Source: a virus
Length of the DNA stretch: 64,000 nucleotides
IMG/VR virus record: IMGVR_UViG_3300032053_000048
Location: 8,898-72,897 of that record
Direction: 5' to 3' (one strand)
This document shows, piece after piece, positions 17,163 to 27,300 of this stretch (the first letter of the stretch is position 1; each line of letters starts with the position of its first letter). The position numbers were made by a program, and so were the translations under genes. The notes below the pieces were generated by a model. That model searched no databases and was not told where the DNA came from. It saw only the letters and a program-made list of their open reading frames with translations.

Positions 17163-17184
17163 TTTACAGAAGATTTGGTTTTGG

Positions 17185-17192
17185 CAAATATA
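17185..17192 (-). promoter_or_regulatory. Bacteroidota -7 promoter box (TATATTTG) for the terminase cassette
   Basis: Matches TAnnTTTG, 22 nt upstream of ATG 17162. Confidence 0.6.
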
Positions 17193-17248
17193 TTATAATT
17201 TATCAGATAGTCGTGATAATTACACACCTTTTTACGAACTTATTGAAT

Positions 17249-17256
17249 TAGTTTTG
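17249..17256 (+). promoter_or_regulatory. Bacteroidota -7 promoter box (TAGTTTTG) for the head operon
   Basis: Matches TAnnTTTG, 30 nt upstream of ATG 17287; divergent from the terminase promoter. Confidence 0.55.
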
Positions 17257-17286
17257 AATAACGATTTTAAATCAAAAACTTAATTT

Positions 17287-18276
17287 ATGGGAGAAGGTGG
17301 AAGTTCATCAGGTGCATCAGCAGGTTCAGGCGCAGTAGCAGCAGCAACCAGCGAGGGTGCAGTGGCAACCTCTGATGGTGCAAAATCATCAAAAGAGGGA
17401 GTATCAGAAGGAACAAAAGAGGCCTCGCCGGAGGCAAAGACTGAGAAAGTGGGTGCGGTTATAGATGCCAAACCTGTGACTGTCGAGGAAGTCAAAGACA
17501 AATCGACTATAAACAAAGATGCTGTTGAAAAACCAAAACACAAACACGCCGAGAGGCTTGCCAAGGCATATCCAGATCGTCAGTTCTCTGGCGATGAAGA
17601 TTACGATAAAGCTCTTGACGAACATCTCAGTGATCTTGAAGGATACAGGGAGCGAGGTACGAAAGCAAATGCTCAACTCGTTCAGCTCTTTGATGCTGAA
17701 CCCTGGGTGGCTGATCTTGTAAGGTCAATGATCAATGGTGAATCAGGCAGGGTAGCAATATCAAGACATTTCAGTGCTGAGGATTTTATATCGGAGCCGG
17801 GAGATGAGGACCATGAAGCTCTTGAAAAGAACAAGAAGGAAAGAGCCGAAAGGATTGAGAAATCAAACAAGTTCAATCAGCAGTTTAATGAGAACGTTGA
17901 GTTTTCAACAAAGACTATTGATGAGTTTGCTAAGGAAAATAACCTGAAACCGGAGGAAGCTCAGAAGTTCTTTGATGATTTTGATTTAATATTGGCTGAC
18001 ATATATGCCGGTAAGATCACCAAAGAGACACTTACAAAGATTATGAGGGCAGTTAAGCATGATGAGGCTGTTCAGGCAGCAAAGGAAGAAGGAGAGATAA
18101 AAGGCCGAAATGAGAAGATTACTATTGAGAAAGAGAAGGAATCAGCTATTAAAGAAAAAACAGATGGCCTTCCGGTGTTAGGAAAGACTGGTGAGGAAAG
18201 CAAGGAAGAAGAAGTAAGGCCTGTAAGCAAGATCGACCAGATTCTTGAGAATACCAAGCGAAGAACAAATTTTTAG
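17287..18276 (+). CDS. Capsid scaffolding protein (putative)
   Basis: Low-complexity N-terminus, charged coiled coil, immediately upstream of the capsid gene. Confidence 0.65.
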   Translation: MGEGGSSSGASAGSGAVAAATSEGAVATSDGAKSSKEGVSEGTKEASPEAKTEKVGAVIDAKPVTVEEVKDKSTINKDAVEKPKHKHAERLAKAYPDRQFSGDEDYDKALDEHLSDLEGYRERGTKANAQLVQLFDAEPWVADLVRSMINGESGRVAISRHFSAEDFISEPGDEDHEALEKNKKERAERIEKSNKFNQQFNENVEFSTKTIDEFAKENNLKPEEAQKFFDDFDLILADIYAGKITKETLTKIMRAVKHDEAVQAAKEEGEIKGRNEKITIEKEKESAIKEKTDGLPVLGKTGEESKEEEVRPVSKIDQILENTKRRTNF

Positions 18277-18313
18277 TGTGACAGTTATATATATTAACCA
18301 AATTTTTTATCAA

Positions 18314-19699
18314 ATGAAGAAGAACCTTTTTTACTACGGGTCCAAAATATTAGGGGTGACATTTATCTGCGCCCTGATTTTCATATTTAATGGACTACTG
18401 GCCATTGGGTCAGGGATTGCTTATGCTACCGTTACCGGAGCTGTCGTTGATGGAACCGCTGTATCGGTGGAGAAAGTGAAAGCCGGTTCTACTATTGACA
18501 GGGATTATGTGAGCAAGAAGATTACGGAGATGCGCCCCGCAGCCACTCCTCTTGATACAATCCTTAGATCGATAGAGAACCAGGTAAGTGTCAGTTCGTT
18601 TAAGACAGAGTTTTACGCTGTTTCATCCAGGGAACTTATTGATACCGTTAATACAGCATATACCTATGCTGGCGATGGTGTAACAAGTTACGACCTGATT
18701 GTTAATAACGTAACTGCATGGACTGATGATGATACTTGTGTATTCCCCGGGCTTGTCGGCGCAACGGTCGGCTCAGGTACTGGTGATGGCAAGGACCTTG
18801 TTTGTTTTGTAGTCTCCCGTAACGTATCCGCAAACACTATTAAGATTCAGCCTATTAATAGTCAGTTCGGTACTGGTGCCAATGCTGCCAAGGTTGTATT
18901 ACCTGCAGCAGGAATCGCAATCAACCAGACTATCGTTAGGATGGGAACCTGTAAGAACGAACTTGATGCTCAGACTGCAGCTTATGGTATCGTTCCTGTA
19001 AAAGCTTATAACTACCTTCAGATATTCATGGCACAGGCCGAAGAAGGTACATTCCAGAGACTGCATGAGAAAGAAGTTGATTTCTCGTTCTCTGACTATG
19101 AAGCTCAGAACATCTATGACATGAGAGCCCGTATGGAGTATTCATTCCTGTTCGGTGTTCGTGGATTGTTCTATGATGTTACCAACAACAAACAGCGCTA
19201 TATGACTGGTGGTATTACAAGATCAATTACCACAGCTCTTGAGTATGGCGTAGGTTCCGGTGACAGGACCATTGATAATCCAACGGTTATCAACTGGACC
19301 AAATCAATATTCACCGGGAACTCAGGAAGTGACCGTAGGATTATGTTCATGGGTAATGCTTTTGCTGCCTACATGATGGGTGCTGATACAGTTCAGCGTC
19401 AGATCGATGCCAAGAAAACCGAAAGGGTTTATGGTATCACATTCAATCTTGTTGAGACTAACTTTGGTCAGTTGCTTTGTAAACATCACAACCTGCTTGA
19501 TATTGCCGGTTGGGGAGAGAAAGCAATCGTTATCGACCTTAACTATCTTGAGAAACATACATGGAAGCCGATGGCAATTCGTGAACTCGACCTTCTTAGT
19601 TCAGGAACACGTAATGTAAAGGCTACAGTTATCGAAGAAACAACCGGACCTGTTTTAAGGTATCCGAGTGTTCATGGAATAATTAGTCCTAAAGCCTAA
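18314..19699 (+). CDS. Major capsid protein (HK97 fold, DUF5309/SU10-like) with hydrophobic N-terminal leader
   Basis: TPLDTIL, NYLQIF, MEYSFLFG, RYMTGGI and TNFGQL motifs; follows the scaffold and precedes a terminator; ATG 18314 preferred as start. Confidence 0.8.
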   Translation: MKKNLFYYGSKILGVTFICALIFIFNGLLAIGSGIAYATVTGAVVDGTAVSVEKVKAGSTIDRDYVSKKITEMRPAATPLDTILRSIENQVSVSSFKTEFYAVSSRELIDTVNTAYTYAGDGVTSYDLIVNNVTAWTDDDTCVFPGLVGATVGSGTGDGKDLVCFVVSRNVSANTIKIQPINSQFGTGANAAKVVLPAAGIAINQTIVRMGTCKNELDAQTAAYGIVPVKAYNYLQIFMAQAEEGTFQRLHEKEVDFSFSDYEAQNIYDMRARMEYSFLFGVRGLFYDVTNNKQRYMTGGITRSITTALEYGVGSGDRTIDNPTVINWTKSIFTGNSGSDRRIMFMGNAFAAYMMGADTVQRQIDAKKTERVYGITFNLVETNFGQLLCKHHNLLDIAGWGEKAIVIDLNYLEKHTWKPMAIRELDLLSSGTRNVKATVIEETTGPVLRYPSVHGIISPKA

Positions 19700-19707
19700 G
19701 TAAACCT

Positions 19708-19737
19708 GAAAGAGGGAGATAACCTTCTCCCTCTTTC
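19708..19737 (+). terminator. Intrinsic terminator after the capsid gene
   Basis: GAAAGAGGGAGA-taacct-TCTCCCTCTTTC 12-bp stem followed by TTT. Confidence 0.8.
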
Positions 19738-19752
19738 TTTAATATAAACTAT

Positions 19753-20205
19753 ATGAAAAAAGTATCAAAAACTTACCAGGCAATCTCGTATGTACAGTTA
19801 GACACTTATGTCATGGCAAACGGGATGAAGATTTTAATTGCTTTTCGGGGAGGGACTTTTGAACCACCAAGGAACGGAACCTTTACGACCAACGAACCCG
19901 GAATCATTGAGGCTATGGATAAGCCAGAGAACGGACTTGGAAAGTCATATCATCTTTTAAGCGTCACTGAATATGACGATCAGCCAGTAACTAAAACCGC
20001 TGGTCTGCCCTCTGATGCTGGTGAGCAGTACCAGATAGTACCGGGGATTAATTCTGTTGCAAAGGCAAGAGAGTATCTTATAAAGGCCTCAGAAGATGGT
20101 AATATCAAATCGGGTATTACGGCATCACTTCTGAAGAATAGAACGCAGGTACTCGCTATTGCTGAGGACGTGAGAATCAGATTTATTGATCTACCTAAAG
20201 AATAA
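19753..20205 (+). CDS. Hypothetical virion-associated protein
   Basis: 150-aa ORF in the structural operon. Confidence 0.6.
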   Translation: MKKVSKTYQAISYVQLDTYVMANGMKILIAFRGGTFEPPRNGTFTTNEPGIIEAMDKPENGLGKSYHLLSVTEYDDQPVTKTAGLPSDAGEQYQIVPGINSVAKAREYLIKASEDGNIKSGITASLLKNRTQVLAIAEDVRIRFIDLPKE

Positions 20206-20210
20206 CAACC

Positions 20211-21038
20211 ATGAACCGGGAAGGAATTCTCAATATGGTGCATATCAAAATGGATGAGTTCACTCCTCCCGGGGTGGACCTTCCCTTTGATGATTTCATT
20301 GGACCCATACTTGATGAGTGCGCCAAGGAAATTGCAGAGGTTTGCCCTCTGCACTTGCTTATTCCGGTCCCTATGGTATGTTATACTACAAAGCGAAAGA
20401 TCGATACAAATATTGCGACACTCACATTCAACTCATCTCATAATTTCCAGTTGGGGAGTGTTGTTAACATCTCAGGTATTACAACTCATCTTGAATACAA
20501 TGGAACATTCACAATCACTGCCGTAACAACGGACTCTATAAGTTATGCACTTACTCATGCTGATGAGACCGAGGCCACAGATACCGGTGGAATTGTAATG
20601 TTCAAAACAATATTTACTGACAATAAGGCTTATATCTCCAAGCCGTCAGACTTCTTACGCCTCTATGCCCTCAGATTCCCTTTATGGCAGAGAACGGTAA
20701 TAGAGACCACTAAGCCAGACACAGACGCTGGAAGAAATCAGGATAATCCTTACCTGGCATCAGGAATAGGAAGACCGTCTGTAGTGATCAAAACAGCAAT
20801 GCCAACAGGAGGGAGCATGGGAGAATATCTGATCTGCGGTAAGGTTGAGACAAGTACCATACCATCGACAGCTCTCTACATCAAAATTAAGGCCCCTGAG
20901 GAATTACCCGATTCCCTTATCCCTGCTCTCTCTTATCTGGCAGCTGCCAAGGTACTCGCTATATCGAAGGAATTCGATCTGGCAAAGTCAGCAATGGACC
21001 AATATGGGTTATCGCTAACGCAGTTAGCTCAATCATAG
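20211..21038 (+). CDS. Putative head-tail adaptor with inserted FCCH-like beta domain
   Basis: Helical N- and C-termini (LIPALSYLAAAKVL) flank a beta-rich insert also found in 30182..30919. Confidence 0.55.
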   Translation: MNREGILNMVHIKMDEFTPPGVDLPFDDFIGPILDECAKEIAEVCPLHLLIPVPMVCYTTKRKIDTNIATLTFNSSHNFQLGSVVNISGITTHLEYNGTFTITAVTTDSISYALTHADETEATDTGGIVMFKTIFTDNKAYISKPSDFLRLYALRFPLWQRTVIETTKPDTDAGRNQDNPYLASGIGRPSVVIKTAMPTGGSMGEYLICGKVETSTIPSTALYIKIKAPEELPDSLIPALSYLAAAKVLAISKEFDLAKSAMDQYGLSLTQLAQS

Positions 21039-21071
21039 TTCTATTATTAATCGTATCCAAAACTTAAAATT

Positions 21072-21629
21072 ATGCCAATCTGGGATCGTGATTTAGAAGT
21101 AGTAAAATGGACTCCAAAGTTCATACTTCGCAGTTTAAAATTTGCAGTCCGCCACTATGTCGGCGCATCTGCTACTCAGCTTACTCATTATCCACAAGGA
21201 GGGACTGAAAGACAGTTCTCCAATGTGAAGTGTGTTAAAAAAACTATTGGTGTGTATGGTAAAGCCGGTTGTGACTTCAATTTCACTAACCCCGTCAATA
21301 CCACAGCTCAGAACATAGACCTTGGTTCAATAGTCCCTGCTTTCGCAAGAGTACTTGAAACAAGGGTAGTGTGTGATGAATCACCAACAGGATTAGTTTC
21401 AATGGCTCTTACAGCTGGTAACGCATCAGCAGGAGCTCAGTTTATGGCTTCAGTACAGTGCTTTACCTTGAGTACAGTTGTTGCAACACTGGTGGCCCTT
21501 CTGTGGACCGTAGCGCCCACAAACGCTGCATCAAAGGTATGGATTGGAGCTACACCAGGAGCAAACTGGTCACTCGACACAACTAATGTTGGGAAATGGA
21601 GCGTCTATACTTATTTCACTGAAATCTAA
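21072..21629 (+). CDS. Hypothetical structural (decoration/spike-like) protein
   Basis: Beta-rich 185-aa ORF in the late operon. Confidence 0.55.
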   Translation: MPIWDRDLEVVKWTPKFILRSLKFAVRHYVGASATQLTHYPQGGTERQFSNVKCVKKTIGVYGKAGCDFNFTNPVNTTAQNIDLGSIVPAFARVLETRVVCDESPTGLVSMALTAGNASAGAQFMASVQCFTLSTVVATLVALLWTVAPTNAASKVWIGATPGANWSLDTTNVGKWSVYTYFTEI

Positions 21630-21641
21630 AATCATCATCCC

Positions 21642-22034
21642 ATGTCAGGTATTTACGCAGGGAGCTCCCCTAAGTTTTTAACCAGAATCAGGGATGAGAA
21701 CGGTGTGCAACTGGACCCGGAAGATATCAACCAGATCATTGAAGTAAAAATCTGGATTTATAACGCTATCTCCGGGACCGTAGTTGCCAAATTCTATCTT
21801 AATACAGCTCCTACTCCTCTTGGAACATGGAGGCAGGCTGAGGTGAAAACTATTGGACCATCAGATAAAAGAATACTTCTTACTCTCTTGCCAGCAGAAA
21901 CACTTGCAGCACCAGTTAATAAGAATGAGATACAGGTTACGGTAACTGTGCCGGATGCCGACTTCGATAGTGGAGAAAGGGAAATAATTAAGAAAGGTAG
22001 ATTTGCCGATATCAACCCCGCAAAATCCTCATAA
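21642..22034 (+). CDS. Hypothetical structural protein (BppU-like beta sandwich possible)
   Basis: 130-aa beta-rich ORF before the fibre genes. Confidence 0.5.
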   Translation: MSGIYAGSSPKFLTRIRDENGVQLDPEDINQIIEVKIWIYNAISGTVVAKFYLNTAPTPLGTWRQAEVKTIGPSDKRILLTLLPAETLAAPVNKNEIQVTVTVPDADFDSGEREIIKKGRFADINPAKSS

Positions 22035-22037
22035 CCT

Positions 22038-23960
22038 ATGGCCAGCGATATTATTATCGATGTATCAAGCCAGGGTTATGATATCGATGTGACTCTGGAT
22101 GCTACCTTCCTCGTTCAACCGGGAGGAGGTGGTAATTCTGTTTTATATTCAGGAACACCTCAGGCGAACGAGATACCTGTATTTGTATCACAGAATACCG
22201 TTGTTGGTAATGCCAATCTTGTATATGACGGTTCATACCTGGTCACACCTCAGATCAAAACAGTAAACCTACAGGTTGATCATATCGCTGAGCGCAATAG
22301 TGCTCATGGAATCATTGTGGATAATACAATGAGCAGCGATGATATAAAGAATAAGGGAACGTTCGTTTCAGGCTTCTCCGGTAGTGGTTATAATCTTAAA
22401 TATACCGGAGGATACGCAAGTCTTGAACTTGATTTTCTAACTGTACGCCGTAAGATGTGGGCCTATGAACTTGAGATCAGGGAGGTTAACAGTATCGGAG
22501 GTACTCTTGTTATCTCAGTAGCCAATGGTGTTGCTAAGAACGTGGTTGGTAACACTATCTATTTTGATGTTGATGGAGGCGCAAACCCCATTCAGTTTGT
22601 AACCGATGATATTGTCCGGGCTCAGGCTTATACGGGAAGATCAATAGCTTATTTCCAAGGCAGGGTTACTGCCGTAAGCTCAGATAACATAACAGTTCAG
22701 CCTGACGGTGGTTCTGACTCACCCTGGAATGGAATGAAACTCGTACAGGTGGGTCATGTATCTAACGCTGCCAGACAGAATCTCATCTATCTCACTGCGT
22801 CAGACAGTAATAATCCGTATATCGATATGCTTGCAGGTGTTACGGATGGCAGTTTTGCAGGAAAGCAGAAACTCAGGATAGGGAATTTAACTGGAATTAC
22901 AGATGCCGACTTTGGTGGTGCTCTCTCAGGATATGGTCTGTATTCTAATAACATATATCTCAAAGGTCAGATCATAATGACCGGTGGTTCGGTAGCATGG
23001 ACCGCAGTTAGTGGTAAGCCTTCATATTTCTCAACTCCAACAGGGTCGGGACTTTTTCTGGATGCTACTCACATGGGTTATTATTCTGCCTCAGCATGGA
23101 AGACATACATGGATAGCTCGGGCAACTTCGTTCTTGGTGATTATGGAGGAGGAAACGCAGGCATTGGATGGAATCAGGGAACCGGTACGCTCACAATAAG
23201 AGGAACGATAGCCATGACTGCCGGTAGTGTTGACTGGTCACTGGTCGGGGGTAAACCATCATATCTTGGCACTCCAGTATCGACTCCGGGCCTTTATATA
23301 ACTTCTACATATTTAGGTTATTTTGATGGCAGTGGTTTTACCTCTTATATTGATAGTTCCGGTAACTGTGTATTTACAGGAGTGAGTTTGTTTGGAAGCG
23401 ACCCCGGAGCCGGAGGAGCTGTCACAATAGAGGAAAACACTCTGACTGAGAGAACAGTCAATGGCCTGTCTTACCTGGTATTCAACAATGCTGGTTATAA
23501 CGGAGGAACAACCAAATACCGGGGATTTATTGTAAATGATGGCAGGGGCGAGGGGCCTGGTCATAATCTTCTTTATATTTTACCATCAGCCGGGGCACAG
23601 TCAATAACAATGGGTGATATCGGAGTAACTGAAAGTACCTTGTTATTTGAAGTTTTTGGCTCACAAAAGGTTTATAATGATCTCACAGTCTATGACAACC
23701 TCATTGTTTCAGGATACACAGAGATCGGAGAATACCTGCAGGTTTCAGATGGAATTAAAGTTGGTGGTAGTGGAGGGCCTGATTCAAGTACTATTCTTGA
23801 TCTTATCTCCACAACAAAGGCACTATTGGTCCCAAGAATGACAACAACTCAAAGAAATGCTATTTCAAGCCCGGTTAACGGGATGATAATATATGACACT
23901 ACTGCTCATCAATTTTCAGGCAGGGTTAATGGTGCCTGGTCTTACTTTACAATGCACTAA
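22038..23960 (+). CDS. Tail fibre / tail-associated protein
   Basis: G/S/T-rich; LELDFLTVRRKM motif; internal duplication (GSVAWTAVSGKPSY / GSVDWSLVGGKPSY); C-terminal LLVPRMTTTQRNAISSPVNGMIIYD. Confidence 0.7.
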   Translation: MASDIIIDVSSQGYDIDVTLDATFLVQPGGGGNSVLYSGTPQANEIPVFVSQNTVVGNANLVYDGSYLVTPQIKTVNLQVDHIAERNSAHGIIVDNTMSSDDIKNKGTFVSGFSGSGYNLKYTGGYASLELDFLTVRRKMWAYELEIREVNSIGGTLVISVANGVAKNVVGNTIYFDVDGGANPIQFVTDDIVRAQAYTGRSIAYFQGRVTAVSSDNITVQPDGGSDSPWNGMKLVQVGHVSNAARQNLIYLTASDSNNPYIDMLAGVTDGSFAGKQKLRIGNLTGITDADFGGALSGYGLYSNNIYLKGQIIMTGGSVAWTAVSGKPSYFSTPTGSGLFLDATHMGYYSASAWKTYMDSSGNFVLGDYGGGNAGIGWNQGTGTLTIRGTIAMTAGSVDWSLVGGKPSYLGTPVSTPGLYITSTYLGYFDGSGFTSYIDSSGNCVFTGVSLFGSDPGAGGAVTIEENTLTERTVNGLSYLVFNNAGYNGGTTKYRGFIVNDGRGEGPGHNLLYILPSAGAQSITMGDIGVTESTLLFEVFGSQKVYNDLTVYDNLIVSGYTEIGEYLQVSDGIKVGGSGGPDSSTILDLISTTKALLVPRMTTTQRNAISSPVNGMIIYDTTAHQFSGRVNGAWSYFTMH

Positions 23961-24361
23961 TGGATAAGAGACTTGAAATATTCATCGAACAATCGGGCCA
24001 GGATATCAATATCGATGTTGCTCTTGATGAGCACGAAGATATAGATGTTCAGTTCGAGGGTGTTGTATTGATGAACCCCGATGATATTGACCCTGAAATA
24101 AAGAATTACCTTGAGAACCCGAATGATCTGACTACGCTTTACATAGGTGATCAACAGATCAACGTAAGCTCATACCGTCATATTCAGACTGTGGCTTCAG
24201 CAACGTGGAATGTGGTTCACAATCTGGACCGGGAAGGAGTAATGATTCAGGTTTTTGATTCAAATAACATTAACGTACTCGCCGAGATCGAGAATATAGA
24301 TGAAAATAACGCTGTAATAAGATTCGCCTTTCCTGTAGCTGGGACTGCGGAATGTAGATAA
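23960..24361 (+). CDS. Hypothetical structural protein
   Basis: ASATWNVVHNL motif common in small phage tail proteins. Confidence 0.55.
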   Translation: MDKRLEIFIEQSGQDINIDVALDEHEDIDVQFEGVVLMNPDDIDPEIKNYLENPNDLTTLYIGDQQINVSSYRHIQTVASATWNVVHNLDREGVMIQVFDSNNINVLAEIENIDENNAVIRFAFPVAGTAECR

Positions 24362-27300
24362 TGATACCGGTATATCAAAATATGGATTTCAGTGGACTGC
24401 AGGCACAAAACCTTGTATTCCATTCCTCTTTGAATGTTAGTCCTCCATCAGCACCCGTAGCAGGTATGCCCTGGTGGGAGAGTGACAGGCTGGTACTTGA
24501 TATCTATGACGGTTCCGACTTCCTTCCAGTTCCAACGGGACCGGTTGTTAGTACCCCGGGGAACATACCTATATGGAGTAATAACAAAGGGAATAAACTT
24601 GAGGATGGCTATGCGGTTGAAACAACTCTTGTTGGCTCACCTGACGCAATACCTACTGCAGAGGCAGTTCTTGATTATGTTGGAGCTAACCTTTTTGAGC
24701 GCAATGCTGGCATTATATCTCCGGTTACAGTAACCGACAAACTTTCATTCGGAACGATCTATGTTGATCATCTGGCAGAGAAAACACTGAATAACGGCGT
24801 TATAATTGATCATTCTCTTACAGTGGCAGGGTCCTTTAAAGCAGCTGGCTATTTCTATTCAGGGACCAGCGCACCAACAAATACTAATCGCCTGAATTAT
24901 GACGGTAATCTTTATGCAACAAATATCTACTCAGGAGGAACACTTGTTTCAGTAGTTGGTCATACTCATTCATACGAACCAGTTTTAGGTAATCCGGCTG
25001 CAGATGGTTATATACTTTCTTCAACTGCGGGAGGGACAAGATCATGGGTTCCTAATCCTTATGTACTCCCGGTAGATGATATCCTCGACTGGTCCACTAA
25101 TAAATATACTCCATACGATGCTCAAAGTTCAGGTAAGTTAGATAACTCAACAACTGCACCTACGCATAGCACAGCCAGACTTAACTATGATGGTCAATTC
25201 TTTGTTTATAATCTAACAGCTACTGGTCCGGTACAGACAAATGAAGGAGGAGCTTATACTAAACTTTTCGGTGAATCTGCAATCGGATACCTTTCAACCT
25301 GGAATCCAACACTTAGAATTCAGGTTCATGGTGATAACATAGGAGTTATTAACCATACCAATACCGGTCATTTACTTTATCTCGACAGGATAGCTTATGC
25401 CTCAAATACTAACCTCACTTATGATGCTATTCATATCAATGACAATCCTACCACCTCAGGGACCATAGGAGGGGCTATTTTTAAGGCAACGGTCGGTGCA
25501 GATGTCAGAATAAGTTTTGAACCCAGGGTGCCAGACTCAGGCTCTGCAGTGGCTTATTTCATAGATACGCATGAAGAACTTGCTACAGCCGGTTCAAAAC
25601 TATTGTCGGTCCGTAACCAGGGAACTGAAAAGATGTTTCTGGATTACTCTGGAGTTCTACAGGTTGAATCGGATATCTACGCAGGGTTCCTGGCATCAGA
25701 GGACTACGCTGTGTTGCAATACACAGGACTGAAGGTTTACGTTACCGATACCGAGAGGTTAAATCTCGACCCAAGTGTAGGTGATAGTGCAACGGCTAAG
25801 GCATATTTCTTTGACACAGCCAATGCGCTTTCTACAAGTGGTTCCAAACTTCTATCAATATCCAACCAGGGAGTTGAGAAGTTCTATATCACATACGAAG
25901 GCGAGGCTTACGCCAATGGCGTACACCTTGGAGTCGGTGGTGGGGGTGGAGATGTTTATAAGTCAGGTACGCCTGTTGATAACCAAATAGCAATATGGAC
26001 TGATGGAACACATATTGAAGGAACAAGTAATTTAATATATAATGACCCAAGTCCTACTTATTATCCTACTCTATGGTTAGGACGAAGTTCTCCTGATGGA
26101 ACAAATTATGCTTTAAGAACTTTATCTACATCATTGCAAATAAATGGACCTACTGGAGGTTCTGTTAGTGTAAGAAATGGTTCAGCTCTTGTTGCAGATT
26201 TTATGTCTAATGGATTATATATTGAACAAATATATGTTAATCATATAGGAGAAAGAACCTCTAATCATGGAGTAGTGTTTGATAATACCATATCAATTTC
26301 TGGGACAACAAAGGCAGCAGGTTTTTTCTATGCCGGAACAACTGACCCCACAAATACGAATCGTTTGAATTATGACGGCAATTTATGGGTGAATGCTTTA
26401 TATGTAAGAAATTCAAGTAATTATTGGTTGAATGAAAACTTGAGAGTGGGAGGATTAACATTTGTTAGTAATCTTGGGACAGGCTATGATACTCTCTATA
26501 ATTATTATGACTTCTCTATTTTTGCACAAACAAATAAGGTATTAAGGCTTGGTGCAAACGGAAATCCGGCTGCAATGACATTTGCAGGAGATGGGACTCA
26601 AGTTTCATTAGCTATTCCACTCAAGGTTGATCACATTGGTGAGTATACTGCCAATCATGGGGTAGTTATAGATGCCTGTGCAGGTGGTGGAGGATATTTT
26701 TCTTTGACCGTTACCAATTCAGCTCAAGCAAATATGTGGGTTGGAACTTTAGCTGTTCAAACTGCATTTTTTACAAGAAGTGGTGGAGATGTTCAAATTG
26801 GTGCTGTTCAAACAGGATGGAAAATTAAACTTGGAGATGGTAATGCAAGTTATACTTTTACAAATACTTATGCTGAGTTCTCTGCTTCTGGTTTAAAGAT
26901 TGATCACATAGGGGAACTTACTGGAACTCATGGTGTAATAATCGGTAATTATGTTCAGATAACAGGTTCTTGTTCAGTATCAACAAATTTCTATTCACAG
27001 GTTACAACTGAGTATGGAGTTCAATATCTAATGAACGCTTATTCAGTTGGAAGTACTAATTATACTGGATTCAGGAACGAAGCCGCAGATAAATGGGCTA
27101 TTGGAACAGGAACCAGTGCAACTATAAGTACAATGTTAATGGCATGGGATAAGGCAGGAGTATTTTATTGGACGAATTATTTCGAGTTCAATGAGATTAC
27201 AGCTCCGTCCGCTCCTGCAGCCAATAAGGGTCGGTTATACATGGATACTTCAGATGAAAAGCTGTACTGGAAAACAAGTTCAACTACCTATGATCTTACT

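Noticed and set aside
7738-24135. ATCTGAC matches on the + strand (~7739, ~10523, ~24126) as additional sRNA targets
   Set aside because: These are short mid-gene matches away from start codons, at about chance frequency.
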